Origin: Eledone cirrhosa
Lineage: Eukaryota
DNA length: 64,000 nt
Assembly (NCBI GenBank): GCA_964016885.1
Contig: OZ024745.1
Location: 35,960,001 to 36,024,000 of the forward strand
Direction: 5' to 3'
Of the stretch, positions 1 through 15,060 are shown one piece after another. Under the pieces are notes generated by a model that made no database searches, was not told where the DNA came from, and saw nothing but the letters and a program-made list of their open reading frames with translations. A program made the position numbers and the translations under genes. Numbering within the stretch: position 1 is the first letter of the stretch; every line of letters starts with the position of its first letter.

Positions 1-1445
1 GTTTACTGATGGCAACTTCATCAAAGAGTGTATGATGGAAGCAGCAAATGACTTGTGTCCTGAGAAAGCTGATTTGTTTGGAAGTATGAGCCTTTGGGCA
101 AGTTCAGTTGTACGGAGAACAGAAGAACTTGGAGAGAACATAGTGCTACAGATACGCGAGAAAGCTAGGAACTTGTGGTATTCTCTGGCGCTGGATGAGT
201 CTACTGATCTCTCGAGTACGTCACAACTTCTCGTGTTCATTCGTGGTGTCAATTTGGACTTTCAGATAACGGAAGAGTTGGCATCCGTTTGCTGCATGCA
301 TGGAACAACAACTGGAAAAGGAATGTTCATGGAAGTGCAGAAAACATTACCAGACTATAACCTTCAGTGGAATCAGCTTCGAGGTGTTACAGTTCATAGA
401 GGAAAAAACATGGCTGGAGTGAGGAAGGATTTGGTCGGGCAGATCAGGACTCAGTTGGAAGATTTCCAAATTCCAGGCGGTGTGTTCCTACACTTCATCA
501 TACATCAGCAAGCACTCTGTGGGAAAGACTTGGATATTTCTTGTGTACTGAAACCAGTCATTTCTGCTGTGAACTTCATTCGGGGACATGCACTCAATCA
601 CCGTCAGTTCCAGGCTTTTCTTGAAGTAATTGATTCTCATTTCTGTGACTTGCCTTATTACACAACAGTGAGGTGGCTCAGCTGCGGTAAAGTCCTGTTT
701 CGTTTTTACAAGCTCCGAAACGAAACAGATGTTTTTCTCACTGAAAAAGATAGAGCTAATCCACAGCTGTCAGATCCTACCTGACTGTCAAAGTTGTCAT
801 TTTTGGTCGACATCACATCCCACATGAATGAAATGAACTTGAATCTTCAGAGAAAGGATAACCTCGTATGTGATCTCTACAGAATCATCAAAGGATTTCT
901 GAGAAAGCTGTCATTGTTTGACGCACAACTGGAAGGAGAAAACTTCTGTCATTTTCACTGTTTCAAAGAGTTTTGCGCTACAATTGCTGAAGATGTCAAC
1001 CTCGATTTTCCTAAACAGATTATTCGTGACTTGAAGAAGCATTTTTTGGAGAGATTTTCAGATCTCGACAGAATTGAGAGTGACATTCTTCTGTCCAGAA
1101 TCCGTTTGATTGTAACCTTGATGATATGCCAGTTGAACTACAGTTGGAGCTCATTGATTTGCAAGCAAATAAGTTGTTGAAAGAGAAGCACAGAGAAGCG
1201 AAACTTGTTGAATTGTACCGCGTCTTACCTGATGTTGAGTTTCTGAAATTGAAGAAATTTGCCGCTGGTATGGCATCATTGTCTGTGAGCAAACATTTTC
1301 AAAAATGAAGTATGTGAAGTCAACACGTCGAACGAGATTGACTGATGAACATTTGAAAGCAATTCTCTTGATTGGATGCAACAATTCCAAACCAAACATT
1401 GATGATATCTTGAAAGCCAAGCGCCAGTTTCACAAATCTCACTAA
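1..1445 (+). pseudogene. GTF2IRD2-like hAT transposase pseudogene
   Basis: Motifs YSLALDESTD, QLLVFIRGV, HFIIHQQALC, VRWLSCGKVL, FLVDITSHMNEMNLNLQ, ELQLELIDLQ and MKYVKSTRRTRLTDEHL. In-frame TGA at 782-784 where Trp is expected, and frameshifts near 1093 and 1285. Confidence 0.9.
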
Positions 1446-1732
1446 CCTTTTTTGCTACTTAGTTTGTAAGATTCGGATATGTGCACACTAGTTCTGATGT
1501 AACTATATTTTTGCTAACATGGCCTTCTTTGATAACTTTTTAGTAAATAAATATGTTGGTGGTCTTTGTTTTTTGTGCATTGCACGCCACTCACCCATGG
1601 AATGCTAAACGTAGTGTTTCGTCTTTTTTCCTAGAACTTTCGTTCTGGCTTGCAACTATTGAACAGAATGATTATGCGCTCGTCATTCTTTCAGTTATCC
1701 GGCCCACTGTGAAAAAGATTTGGTGACCCCTG
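1..1732 (+). mobile_element. hAT (Charlie/SPIN/Buster-like) DNA transposon, 3' part, cut by the window edge
   Basis: Transposase remnants at 1-1445. The right terminus TTTGGTGACCCCTG (1719-1732; reverse complement CAGGGGTCACCAAA) is followed by ATCTAGAG, which matches the NTCTAGAN 8-bp target preference of hAT-Charlie elements. Confidence 0.9.
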
Positions 1733-2723
1733 ATCTAGAGACATAGGACAATTATAATTACATGCTGTTATTTATGTCAGCGTTATCAAATCCCAGCAGG
1801 AGAGGTAATATAGTTATACGCCTAAAATCGTCTAAAAGAATAACAAAACAATCATACGATGGGATATATCAGCCATTTTGCCAGTGAGATTGTTCTCAAA
1901 TTTGACAAGGAAACAAAATGCTTCCTTCTAAAATTATTGGGGGCAACTTATGATAATGTGATGGGCGAATTAGAGGATAGAAACAGAAACGATAATAATA
2001 AATAGCTTGGGAACAAGGTAAAGTACTGCCGTTATATAACTAAGGAAAATATCATGATTTATAACTTCGCAGCATACCGAAAACACCACTATAATGGTTG
2101 TAAATACATTACATAAATTACCTGCAGCAAAATAGACACGGCAATACCAAACCACGGTCCTGCATATACCTAAGGTACAAATGGCTGCACGAGATAATGC
2201 GGTGAAAGAACGCAATAAACATTAGACATTCGAGTAAAAGCTAGATTGCCATTATGGCCTCTGTTCAGCAAGTTAATGAGGGAAATGACTTTAAATAAAC
2301 TATATTAATTGCTTAGTACCTGTTAGTCCTTTATTTTGCAATCACGGAAGATTAGAAGGCAGAGTTGATATTGATATGATTTGAAATCAGACGTAAAAAG
2401 CCGGACCAAATAACTCAATGTGGTTTTCTTGACACTATTGCGATTCTGCTAATCCGATTTCGATGTGAAGTAGCATGGACTTTTAATATTTCGGGCAAAA
2501 CCTATCGTTCGAGAGAAAAATGAATTGTTTAGTTGTGATACTTCGTAACTAGATTTCTGATAAAACTATGTGAAAATATTTCAAGTCATAACACTAATTC
2601 TGAAGAGAAAATAACTATCAGTTGATAAATCTTGAGAAGATTTAAACTGAAATAGATAACAATCAGAAACAGTGTACTGGCAGGTGGCTGTACTTCGAAA
2701 TAATTATCGCAGATAATATAGAA

Positions 2724-2908
2724 GGGTGGTGGCTTGGCAGTATCGGTAGAGGGTCGGACGCCATGCTTTCCAGCATAGTTACGTCCCTTTGCGGTCTGAG
2801 TTCAAATCCCACCGAGGTTAACTTTGCCTTTCATCCTTACGGGGTCGATAAAATAAAGTACCAGTAATGCACTGGTTAATTGATGGCCTTGTGCCAAAAG
2901 TAGAAACA
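2724..2908 (+). mobile_element. tRNA-derived SINE with Meta-type central domain, full length
   Basis: A-box-like TGGCAGTATCGG, B-box GAGTTCAAATCCC and core GCCTTTCATCCTTACGGGGTCGATAAAATAAAGTACCAG. Many copies occur in the window. Confidence 0.9.
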
Positions 2909-4982
2909 AATATTACTCTATAGTAACACGAAAGCATTGACACCCTACGAAGTAACTCTCGCTTTCTAAGTTAGGGATCTAGACACAATAACATATTCGA
3001 AAGTTTTGTGCGCTTGCTTAAGCGGTAGATTATACAATAAGATTAACTTTGTTGAAGACAAACCCTCCATAGGAAGGCGTTATATTACAATAGAATGTAT
3101 TCCCACTCATACATGTTCATGATAAACTGAATACGGTAATTAACACCTATATACAAGATCTATAATGTATAATCACTTATATAATGATATGTTAAAACAA
3201 TTCAGCTATGTCAGATGAGAGAGATTGAAGCCATTGAGGGTGGAATGCTTCCTGTGGTCACTGAATTTACGGAACTCGGCCGCCAAAACATTCTTAATTC
3301 ACAACCTACGTCTTTTTTAAACAGAGGAAAAAATTCCATTATATAGTCATAAATTAAAACGTCACATACAATATATGATTGCCGTGATCATATATTTGTC
3401 TTTGTGAGGCTAAACAATAACATGTGACTATGTTTAATAAAAAGACGAATGTCATTCGTTATATAGAAAATATGTGATACTTAAGACCGGGGGGTTTTTG
3501 ATCATAAGTCATCAAGTGTAGGGCTGGAATGGGTCTAAACAACAACAATAAAAAGAAAACGCATCATTCGATCAATAAATCCCTTGACATATGCACTCAT
3601 GGCAGTTTGGCCCGAGCAGGAGATTTTTCGGAAGACCAACAGTCACCCATGTATGCGACTCTCCCCCTCTCTATTGTACCGATGCTTTCCAAGGAAAGAC
3701 CGATAGTGCTTGGCAACAGTGTCGTCGCCACACATTTTCTAACATTTAAGTCACGCACCTTCACAGGTAAACAGCAACTGCTCAAAAATATATAATGTAA
3801 TGGATGACCTTAGTTGGTAGAATTTTTATTTCTTGAAATATGAATATTCTTAGGACTATGTTCTAAAAATCTATTTCGAGATTATATTTGTGTCTCATTA
3901 CCTAATAATCATCTATGCTGTCTATGAATTAATATTAACAGAGAAGTTTCATGTCCCAAAATCCGTCGTTTATAAGAAATCTGAAATGTTTTGCTATCGT
4001 TCGGGGACACAATTTACATTCTTTATACTATTTCTGTTTATCATCAATACAAGGGAATGAAATTTAGTATTTTAAATTGTTAACGAGCAGTAGCAGTAAA
4101 CTTGGTGAAGAGGATGCAATGAAAAATCTTCTGATAAAATGGCTAGTGTCGAATAACAGATGAAAGGTGGAAAAACGTTACGTATATGAAAAGGGTTGAA
4201 ATTAGTGTCAAATTCTAAACTCAATTCTTGCAACATTTTCGATTCAATTAACGCCGTTAAGACGTTGCAGCTGAGCTATATAGTAGCCAATCGTATGATC
4301 AAAGCATAAATAGACACGTTTGATATGTTTACTAGAAATATGATAATAAAATATTGCAATCTTTAGCGAATGTAATGTATATTATATAGCCAGACATTCT
4401 GGGGAAAAAGATGATAAGTAATGAAGAACGCACAGAGGAATAAAACTGATAAAAATGCTCAGTATATAGCAAAAGAGAGACATTAAAAGAAAATACTATC
4501 CCATTGATAGAGTGGAAAATATAAAAAAGGCATTTCGGACAGAAAGATCTGTGATTTGGTAGTTCAAAGAACCTTTAAATGATACAGGCTGAGAACACTT
4601 ACCACTGCTAAAAGGAAGGATGGAAAAGAAACCATTTGAAGAGAGAGAAAAATAGAAAACATGATTTTTTAATCATAAATTGTAGCATAGAAGAACATAG
4701 GTTTTATCATCAACGTCATGCTAAGTGCACCGAAATATGACCATGGTATTTTCTGAAAAGATACGGATACCATGTCTCTCCAAAACAGAAGAAAGATGAA
4801 TTCGTGGGCGAATATTTGAGAGTGAATATTTACAGAAAATTATTAAAGAAGCTAGGCGTGTCTTTTCAGGTACAGACGAAAACTAATGTTTTGTCAGTGA
4901 AATTGCTATAATTAATATCTTCCCTATATGTCATATGGGATTATACGTAATAGATAAGGCTTTAGAGCTATTGCGTATTTAT

Positions 4983-5823
<841 letters not shown>

Positions 5824-5953
5824 TATATATATAGGCTTGGTTGCAATTATGCAAACAAACCTCAATTTTATAGCCATGTCAGTAGAATGAATACTTCATT
5901 CTTGCTCTTTTTTTTACATATATATATATCTCACATTATTATATATATATATA

Positions 5954-6218
5954 GAAGTAAGCTATCGCCGTATTTTGACTAAAGAAATTAAAGAAATTAT
6001 TTAGCCTGATACTGGGGTTAAGAACCCTCGGAGAAATGGAAAAAGACGAGTATTGACGTACATGTACGTCAATACTCGTCTTTTTCTATTTCTCCGAGGG
6101 TTCTTAACCCCAGTATCAGGCTAAATAATTTCTTTAATTTCTTTAGTCAAAATACGGCGATAGCTTACATTTCTAATAATTTCAAACCCACTCGCTGTTT
6201 CGAAAATATTCTTACTTG
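5954..6218. repeat. (TA)n-flanked 212-bp spacerless palindrome with a right-hand extension
   Basis: Arms 5957-6062 and 6063-6168 with one mismatch seen; centre GTACATGTAC; unique extension to 6218, then (TA)n. Confidence 0.95.
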
Positions 6219-7710
6219 ATATATATATATATATATAATATGAAGCATTTTGAGATATATGTTTGATCATCTAAGATTTGGGCGTGTCACTATATTGCAA
6301 GTTAGACACACAGCTGTGATAACGGTCGTAAAATAACCAAAATGACATTTACACTTTTACCTTATATTTTATGCTGAAGACCTGTAATTTAAAGAAAATG
6401 AGTATGGAGTGTAATGTTTTCAGTCACTTATTTCTACCCTTTTTCATACTTGCTTTTCTAGATTGTTTCTAACATACATATACGAGTATATAAACGGGGG
6501 ATAAAAATGCAATAAAAGCCAATATTTGGTAGCAACCTAACACTTTCAATATTTTAGGGAATATAATATACAGAGAAAAAGTTAAATACGTGGGCATGTT
6601 TAAGGATATACAAGATTAAACATCTGACACGCAAAGAAGAAACCTAAACGTATCACCCCAGAGAAATATCGCACAACTCTATTAAAAAGCAATACTGATA
6701 TTGAAAGCTTAAGCAATTGTATATTATTTTGTATACTTAAATTTAGAATAATATATTCTGTCAGATATGAATTACAATCCGTGGAAATACAAAGGATGTT
6801 TTTCGATAGGTTTTCCTTCACTATCGATATCAGATAAACAATTACTTGTTTATAAATAAAAGAGGCATTAACGTTTGTATTAGAATTTTCTTTTCATATA
6901 TTATAAGGATGACACGATGCCCAAGATATTAATATATTTACAGAAATGTTAATATCAATAATGTATAAATGCCCTTTATTTGTAATTGTATTCAAGTTAC
7001 AAGCAATTAGATAGAAAGGTGTGGTAATAAGGAAACAATTCTCATAGGAAAATTAAACTTAAACAATTACAGTGAATCTAATAAACAGCGATAGTTCCAA
7101 TTTGCCAGAGAGAGGTATAAAATTGTAGTGAATGTGTATTACAGGTCAGAAAAGTAATATGATAAATTTCTGACAGGAAACTGTATTTTCAAAACTAAAA
7201 TATAGACGAGAATATTTGCTGTTCAGTGTATGCCGTCATTATCAGAAATGCTTCTTATACAGAGACAAATGGCAGAAGATACTGCAATGGGGAATGTTGC
7301 TGATGTTATCTCTGTTAAGGTCATGGTATACGATTGATTTAACCGAAGTTAAATTTTGATTTGAAGGAAAATTAATATAGAACCCGCATAGATGAAAATT
7401 TGCAAATTACGTTTTGTAACACAATGTCAGATCATGGTTAGAAAGCTATTACGAGCTAATATGCCATTTGGGGAAATTTAAAGGCGAGATCTTCATATGT
7501 GCTGATATATAGACGACAGGGTGCAAATAGCACCACAATAGAAGAATGAGAAAAAAACTAATGAAATGAAAAAGAAATGTAGCGGACGAAATAAAATATA
7601 GAAAACTGCGAAGCATAGACAATGGTGAGGATAGGAAAGGACTAATGTTTTCCAATGATAAAGTAGCAAACATCTACTACACAGTCTCCGCAATACATAG
7701 ATATTATAAT

Positions 7711-7770
7711 TGTTTCTACTTTAGGCACAAGGCCAGCAATTACCCAGTGCATTACTGGTATTTTATTTTA
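7711..7770 (-). mobile_element. 5'-truncated SINE (3' ~60 nt)
   Basis: TGTTTCTACTTTAGGCACAAGGCCAGCAATTACCCAGTGCATTACTGGTA matches the SINE tail at 56079. Confidence 0.85.
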
Positions 7771-9087
7771 TAATATTACTGAAGAATACTTGAAAAGTCA
7801 ATCTACCATTACAAATGACTTCATACTCCCAATAAATGTTAGACGCCAAAGTCTCTGGATTTTGTTAGTGTTTATCACCATATCAATCTTAATTAATTAT
7901 GAACAATATTAAACAATTTGGTAATTAGTATCCTGTTGCTTGTATGGGTGAGAATATGTCTTGTTCCTTTTTAAGCAAAATTGGGTGTGATTTCATGTAA
8001 TGCGACTGATATTTGTAGCAGCCCTAACAGCAAATTAGAGGCGCTTTCAACGATTCTCACTAAACTTTACAATGTATTTATTACTTACTTGGCCTACCAA
8101 TATTTTCTTCAGATTCTGTAACTTGGATTACATTATCCAGTGTATAGAAATACGTCTAGTGCGTGATTTGAACATGATTCTGTGGTCATTTCTAACATGT
8201 TACTTTCATCTACTAATGAGTCATTATGCATGTCATTTCTGCTTATTAACAATCCATCATAGTGAACATTAGGCTTCGCCTTTAAGGTTACAAAATATAC
8301 CATTAGTAATTAGTATCATTACCCTCAATGCTGACGTTTGATGCGCATTGTAAAACTGTTCACCTATGTATCAGTGTCACTACTAGTGTTGCATTTGCTC
8401 CATTTTAAAACATTTGATTTTTATGCTCATTAAAAATAGAAACCAATATTACAAAGGATTTCTAACCGGTGATACACAATTCTTGAATTATTATCGCTTG
8501 ATTAAATTCTACCTTGTATACTGTTTGCACTCATGAGATGAGCTGTTTACTTGATATTCAGGAATGTATTTTCCAGATGGCTTATTCGCTACAACCTGAC
8601 AAGTTAGCCGGCAGTATTATATTTTTACCAATACTGTAGGTACTTGAAAGTCACACGTCTTCATACTTTTCGGAAGTAAATTTATTTGAGTGTTGATTTA
8701 TTCTTAAAACTCTCCTTTAGTGATTAAAAATAGACTAATTACGAATTTTCTTGAATATTACAATTTGCATTATACGAACTTCGGTACAACCACTTTTCAT
8801 TGACTTATTGGAAAATTACTCTCCTAATTATGTGCAGTAAATTGCTTGTTCGCCAGGTACATCAGGTTTAAACTAAACTTTAAATGCACTTGTATATTGC
8901 GATACTTATTTTCTGCTTTGCTTGAATTACTCATTATAATAAAGGTTTTATAAAATGAAAAACAAATTACTTTGGAAATAAATATGAAATTATAAACGAT
9001 GCCTATCTTATGGCAGCCTTCCTGTGAACAATTATATATTATGAATAGAGCTAATATGTATGGGATTTGTTTGTTATTCTACCGTTA

Positions 9088-9429
9088 TCTCTATATATAA
9101 AACTGAGGATGTCTGTCTGTGTGTGTGTGAGTTTGAACCCCTATAACTAAAGAAGCAACTACCGACTGTTTTCAAACTTTACACATGTAATACTTATGCT
9201 TCAGGGTGTGTTCTGAGCAAAAACATTTCAAATTTTCCCACTCATTCCCCAAACAGTTGGTAAGTGCACACAACTTCCTCCTCACGTTTTAAGCCACAGT
9301 GTTGCTTACTTACGTACCAACAGACCCTTAATTCTTTGCCAGCCGTGGTTGTGGCAATACTAAGCTTAGCTAAGGCGGTTATATATTTCACAATACCTTA
9401 TCCCGTGCAACGCCGGATACCAGTGCTAG
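9088..9429 (+). mobile_element. Non-autonomous Helitron, short variant
   Basis: Starts A|TC(TCTATATATAAAACTGAGG) and ends in hairpin CCCGTGCAACGCCGGA followed by CTAG|T. Homologous to 10551-11486. Confidence 0.85.
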
Positions 9430-9454
9430 TTTTCAATAACAACAGAACCGTATA

Positions 9455-9765
9455 GAGTCAACCCCCGGTATTCGCGGTCCCTGTTATTCGCGGAATTTTC
9501 ATTAGAATGTAACTAATAATTGTTCGTGGAAACCACCACATATTCGCGGAATCATAAATATCTTCCGCGATTTTTTAATGGCTTTTTCTGTGCAATATAT
9601 ATATATTTCACGCTTTTTAATTATTAATAACAATATATCGTATTTACCGGCCTATATATATCGTTATATGTTGACGTTTATAGGCATTTTTATGAACCAC
9701 GTCCAAAATTCCCGGTTTTTCACTCCTGGCTGGTGCTCTAGGAAAGTAAAGCCCGCGAATACCGG
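9455..9765. mobile_element. pogo/Tigger-like MITE, right end truncated
   Basis: TA followed by (G)AGTCAACCCCCGGTATTCGCGG. A 13-bp inverted repeat lies at 9465-9477 and 9753-9765, with internal TATTCGCGG subrepeats. Confidence 0.6.
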
Positions 9766-9969
9766 CTATTACTTGAGTATAGACGATCTCATGTACACGT
9801 TGGGCCCCTACTTTTAGGCAAAAATTCTGAAATTTCCCATAGACCTCGTATAAAAGTCGACTTTAGTATTTTACAGATAACAGATCAACATTAGTGGGTC
9901 AAGGTATGACCCTGTACATAGAAATACCAGTTACAAAATCGTCATGAATTTAAGGCAAATGGATTTATA

Positions 9970-10089
9970 GGGCGTTGGATTGGCAGTATCGGTAAAGGGT
10001 CAGACGCCATGGTCTGACGCCATGGTCTGACGCCATGGTCTGACGCTCACGGTCTGAGATCAAATCCCGCCGGGATTTACCTTTCATCC
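9970..10089 (+). mobile_element. SINE 5' part with internal 13-bp tandem amplification
   Basis: SINE head, three GACGCCATGGTCT units plus a degenerate fourth, then the B-box region and CTTTCATCC. Confidence 0.8.
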
Positions 10090-10550
10090 AAGTCACCCCA
10101 ACCTTTTCAAACGTTTATCTTTTATTTTTTGTTTATTTGAAATGTTAATTTCTTTTTAAACTTACTTTCTTATATCTGAACTTCATTTGAATATATAAAA
10201 TTTAATCAGCGTAAAATTTTGCTTATGTGATAGGGTCCGTAAAGGCACTATAAGCAATTTATACTCCTTTAAGAATCAACAAATGTTGGTTTGTACCCCT
10301 CACATTTTTAAGGCAAACGAGGCTCCTATATAGGTGTGAAAGAGACCTTTAATATACTGAAACTATAATTGTTCCCAGAGGTTTATTGGCCATTTTACCG
10401 GTGATTATTCAGTCGTCTTTATCTTCCGCGACCCCTTTACACACGCACACACATATACACACATGCACACACACACGTATATAATTGTGCGTCATGTTCC
10501 ACCTGGTACTTTACCACACCCTCTGTGTTATCGTTTGTTATATATATATA

Positions 10551-11486
10551 TCTATATATATATATATGAAACTGACGATGCCTGTTTGTGTGTGTATGTG
10601 AGTTTGAATCGCTAAAACTAAAGAAGCACCCAACCGACTGTTTTCAAACTTTACACATGTAATACCTATGTTTCAAAGAGTGTTGTGAGCGCATTAGGCG
10701 ATTTAGTGATCTCTCTCTATAATCTTTAGTCTTTCTCTTTTTAGATATATACATACATATAACGTCGCGCCCTTATAATATCTGTCTCTATGTCTGACTG
10801 TCTGCATTACGTCTCTTCCCACAATTCCCTCTCCGTCCAGAACGCGCCCTTATAATATCTGTCTGAATGTCTGGCTGTCTGCTGCCTCCAGTTAATTGCC
10901 ACCCTTGCTCAAGACAAATCTCACACTCATTCCCCGAACAGTTGGTAAGTGCACACAACTTCTTCCTCACGTTTTAAGCCACGGTCTTGCTTACTTACAT
11001 ACCACCAGACCCTTACTTCTTTGCCAGCCGTGGTTGTGGCAATATTAAGCTTCGCTAAGGCGGTTATATATTTCACACAACACTAAAAATGAAAGACGGT
11101 AACTATGTATTAGTCAGTCTCTTCTTCATACCGTGAGCAAAGAAAATCCAACTTTTAGTGTAGCCCGCATTAGGTGAAAAACTTCATGTTTTTAGTTTTG
11201 GGGGGCTTTTTCTAGGTGTTACGTCTAGCCGATTTTCCAGAAATTTCAAGGCATATTATGCACATAACAAAAATTCATTTTCTTGATCCCCTAGGGCCCG
11301 CATTAGTTGAGAACCTACATTTTTCCTGCTTCATCGAGGAAAATCTTAATAATTATCCAGCCATCAGAGTATTCGGTTTATTTTCTTTACATATTGTCGA
11401 GGCATGCAGTTTTTCCACCATTAGGTCTGTTGGCGGCCCGCGTTCCAAAACACGTTATCCCGTGCAACGCCGGGTACCACTGCTAG
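10551..11486 (+). mobile_element. Non-autonomous Helitron, longer variant
   Basis: A|TCTATATATA start and CCCGTGCAACGCCGGG...CTAG|T end. Shares 5', middle and 3' blocks with 9088-9429. Confidence 0.85.
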
Positions 11487-12178
11487 TATATTATATAAAT
11501 GACTCTAACAGGGTATCATGACTGAACTAAGACGGCAAGGTAATTGGTGTATATGGAACGTGTCAACAACTGATCCACAACTGTATTTACTTGGCGCTCA
11601 CACCCGGAAGCCGGGGTACTGTGCCTACATTAAAAGCCAGAGCTTTGTATAACCGATTAATTATTTACTTAATTAGCTCTACCTGGGAACCGAGGAAAGC
11701 CCTATTGCAGGAAAATGAGATTATAGCTTAATCAGATAGTCATGCCCCATCAACAGAATGATCTTTAACCAAGTTTATTCACCATGATATTTATTCAATT
11801 GTAATTTTAATATCTTTCATTAACTGGGATCTAATTTTTTCGGCTTCGATGCTCTTGCGTTCTACACATTCACATGTCAGTGGTTCAAGCTGTTTTCAGG
11901 CTTTCCAATAAGACACTTGCTCCGACATCTATATCACAGCAAAACACGAGGTCACGCTTTCATGTGCCTCATTGAAGGAAAGTAAAACTTGAGGTCGTCA
12001 CCAAATGCTTTTCCAATGTTAATGGGCGAATACGCAGCAGGGTCTCGTCTTCGTCATGGACGAAGGCATACGGCTCACTTCATAGCTTACAATTCCAAGA
12101 GGCCGAGTGCCAGATGGAAATTCTACACATTTCATTTTATTGCATTAGTTCAAGGTCCTCCAAGATTTAAACCAATTA

Positions 12179-13915
12179 CACCGTGTAACAAAAACATTTT
12201 TTCTCTGTTCCTGGCTTGTAATCACTTTTTTCGTGTTGTTTAGGTCCCAAATAAATACTAAAAAGTGCTATTAAACAGTTAAAAGTTTTGGGTTTGTAAA
12301 AATCCTAAGCTATTCACTAGAATTATTTGTATGCTGGATTTTACGTTGTATGTAAGTTTAATCTGCTTATGTTAAATGATGTTTTTAATAGTGTTTCAGG
12401 TTAAATTAAAATTATAAAATAAAGAATAATACCTAAAGAAAATGATAAAAGTGCAATAAAGTATAAAATTGTTAAAAAGTGGATTAAAAAGATTTATTGA
12501 TACTGGACTTTCGCACCCTGAATAAAGGGTAAATTGTGTTTTAAGCATTCGTCTCCAGGATGAAGCAGTGGAACTTGGTCAAGGAGGAAGTGCAGGTGAC
12601 AAGTTTGAGAAGTCGACACGAACCTTTTTCAGGCTTTTACACTCTTAGGGATGCCCTCTGCTTCTGCCATGGCGTGCTGGACTGTTTGACATTATTGAGG
12701 TGTCGTTTGTGCCCAAGGAGTGGCGGCTATTTATAGACAGCTCCACCACAAGTTTTAAGTCTGTCCTCCTCCACAATGGAAACAAGTTCCCGACACTGCC
12801 CCTAGCTCATTCAGTCTGCCTGAAGGAAGATTACTACAGTGTGAAAGTCCTCTTGGAAGCTCTGCAATACAACTAGTACAATTGGGAAATCATTGGAGAC
12901 TTCAAGATGGTGGCTTTCCTGCTTGGACTCCAAGGAGGCTTTATCAAATTCCAATGCTTCCTCTGCCTTTGGGACAGCAGAGCCACCTCTGGCCACTACA
13001 AAAGAAAGAACTGGGAGCAGCGAACAGAATTTGTAGTTGGGACCCGGGACCTCACGTGGGAGCCAATGGTTGATCCCAGGATTGTGCTGATGCCGCCACT
13101 GCACATTATGTTGGGATTGATGAAGCAGTTTGTGAAGGCTCCCAACCAAGAATCAGCCGCTTTTAAGTACCTTCTTGAGTTCTTCCCCAAGTTATCTGAG
13201 GCCAAAATCAAAGGTGGAATTTTTGTTGGACCTCAGATAAAGAAGGTGTTTGAGTCTACCGAGTTCTTCAATAATCTCAATAGGATTGAGAGAACAGCAT
13301 GGAACTGTTTCAAGGCAGTTGTTAAGGGCTTCCTGTGCAACTACAGAGCTGAAAACTACCAGCAACTGGTGCAGAACCTGATAAAGGCTTTTGGCGCCAT
13401 GGGATGCAGGATGTCGCTTAAACTCCATATGCTGGACGCTCACCTGGAAAGATTTAAGGACAACATGGGTGCCTACTCAGAAGAACAAGGCAAACGATTC
13501 CACCAAGATGTGAAAGAGATAGAGCGGAGGTACCATGGCCACTACAATGAAAAAATGATGGGCGACTATATCTGGGGGCTAGTGCGAGAATGCGACCTGG
13601 ACTACAACCGCAAATCCAGGAAATCCAGTCATTTCTGACGTGTATAAGTTGCTTTATAAGTGTTATTTGTTTTACTTCTTTACTTTTGATAAGCTTGTGT
13701 AATAAAATAAATATGTACTCTGTTGATTTAATTATATGAACTGATAAATTTTTAAAAAATGTGCTTTTTCTTGAAAAATATGAACATTTCGAAATATCAA
13801 ACTCCTGACCACAAACCCAAACTTCTGATTAAATAATGTTTTTTTAAATTATAATGGGATATAACAAACCATGAAATGACACCTAGAACCGGGGAACAAA
13901 AAATATGTCACATGG
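12179..13915 (+). mobile_element. Chapaev3-type (CMC superfamily) DNA transposon, internally deleted
   Basis: Left end TTA|CACCGTGTAACA...TGTTCCTGG and right end CCGGGGAACAAAAAATATGTCACATGG|TTA form an imperfect TIR with a TWA-like TSD. Contains the transposase C-terminal half. Confidence 0.8.
12660..13638 (+). pseudogene. Chapaev3-like transposase, C-terminal half
   Basis: EWRLFIDSS, VLLHNGNKFP, IIGDFKMVAFLLGLQGGF.KF.CFLCLWDSR, PPLHIMLGLMKQFVKA, MSLKLHMLDAHL and SEEQGKRFHQD. Premature TAG near 12874; N-terminus absent. Confidence 0.85.
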
Positions 13916-14894
13916 TTATGAATAATTATCCATAACCATGTAACATCTCTGGACTTGATTAGATATTCGGCAATATTATGTGCTTCCTCATAGGCTTCCA
14001 CATAAACTAGGCTAATGCAAATAGATCTTTCCCTAATTTTATCAATGTAGTGAAATTTGTATTTTTAGAAACGAGCAATATAACCCCTAATATTGAGAAG
14101 TAATATACTCATTCGAAAAGAATAGTGATAATATATTTCAATGTTAATAGATTACCATCAATCCTGCCTAACATATATCGAATTCGTGTCTTGACACAAA
14201 GGTAAAAGTTAGTAATATAATCGTTTACAATCTTTATGAATACAGCTCGACAATAGATTCATGCGACTGCCACTAGGTAAAGAAAGCAGCGCCAATTTCG
14301 AATCGAACACATTAAATGCAAGAGAGTTGACCAAGTAATTTATAGTTTTTCTATTCTTTGCTTTAAAACAAACATCAATTATATCATATCTGTAGCAGTT
14401 GCCATTTTTAGACGAAGACGAAGAGATTATGATTGTAAATTATGATAGTGTACCTTATTAACATTGAGAAAGGATTTTAAAAAAATATGTTACACAACGT
14501 TTTCTAAGTTGTTTTGTGTGTACACCATAATTGTGTTCATCTTTATGATGGTGATACTGACATTTCTGTATTAAAACTAGGAGAGATAAGATGGTGAGTT
14601 CAATATTTTTATACTATCAAAACGTCACATTATGAGTTATGATAAACAGATTTCCGATGGTTCCCATTGGCTTATTAATCACATTATATGATTTTCGGTC
14701 AATAAAATATCATTATTAATTGTATATTCTATACTTCTAAACTATGAAATAACTATACACACTAAAGGAATGTTTTACGATCAAATATTTCTTTAGCAGT
14801 ACTTTAGTCGCCCCGAAACATGTAACATGTACCAAACACAGGCACACTGCCAGAGAATACACACACACAAAAACGTATGCATACATACTCCGCA

Positions 14895-15060
<166 letters not shown>

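Noticed and set aside
2724-2815. tRNA gene
   Set aside because: A and B boxes are present but there is no complete cloverleaf, and it continues into the SINE body.
10003-10056. Short direct-repeat array, superficially CRISPR-like
   Set aside because: 13-bp tandem units with no spacers, inside a SINE, in eukaryotic DNA with no cas genes.
9103-10578. CTGAGGA/CTGACGA heptamers near Helitron 5' ends (also CTGATGA at 1343, 34966 and 36471)
   Set aside because: No properly placed stem II, GAAA and stem I; chance matches.
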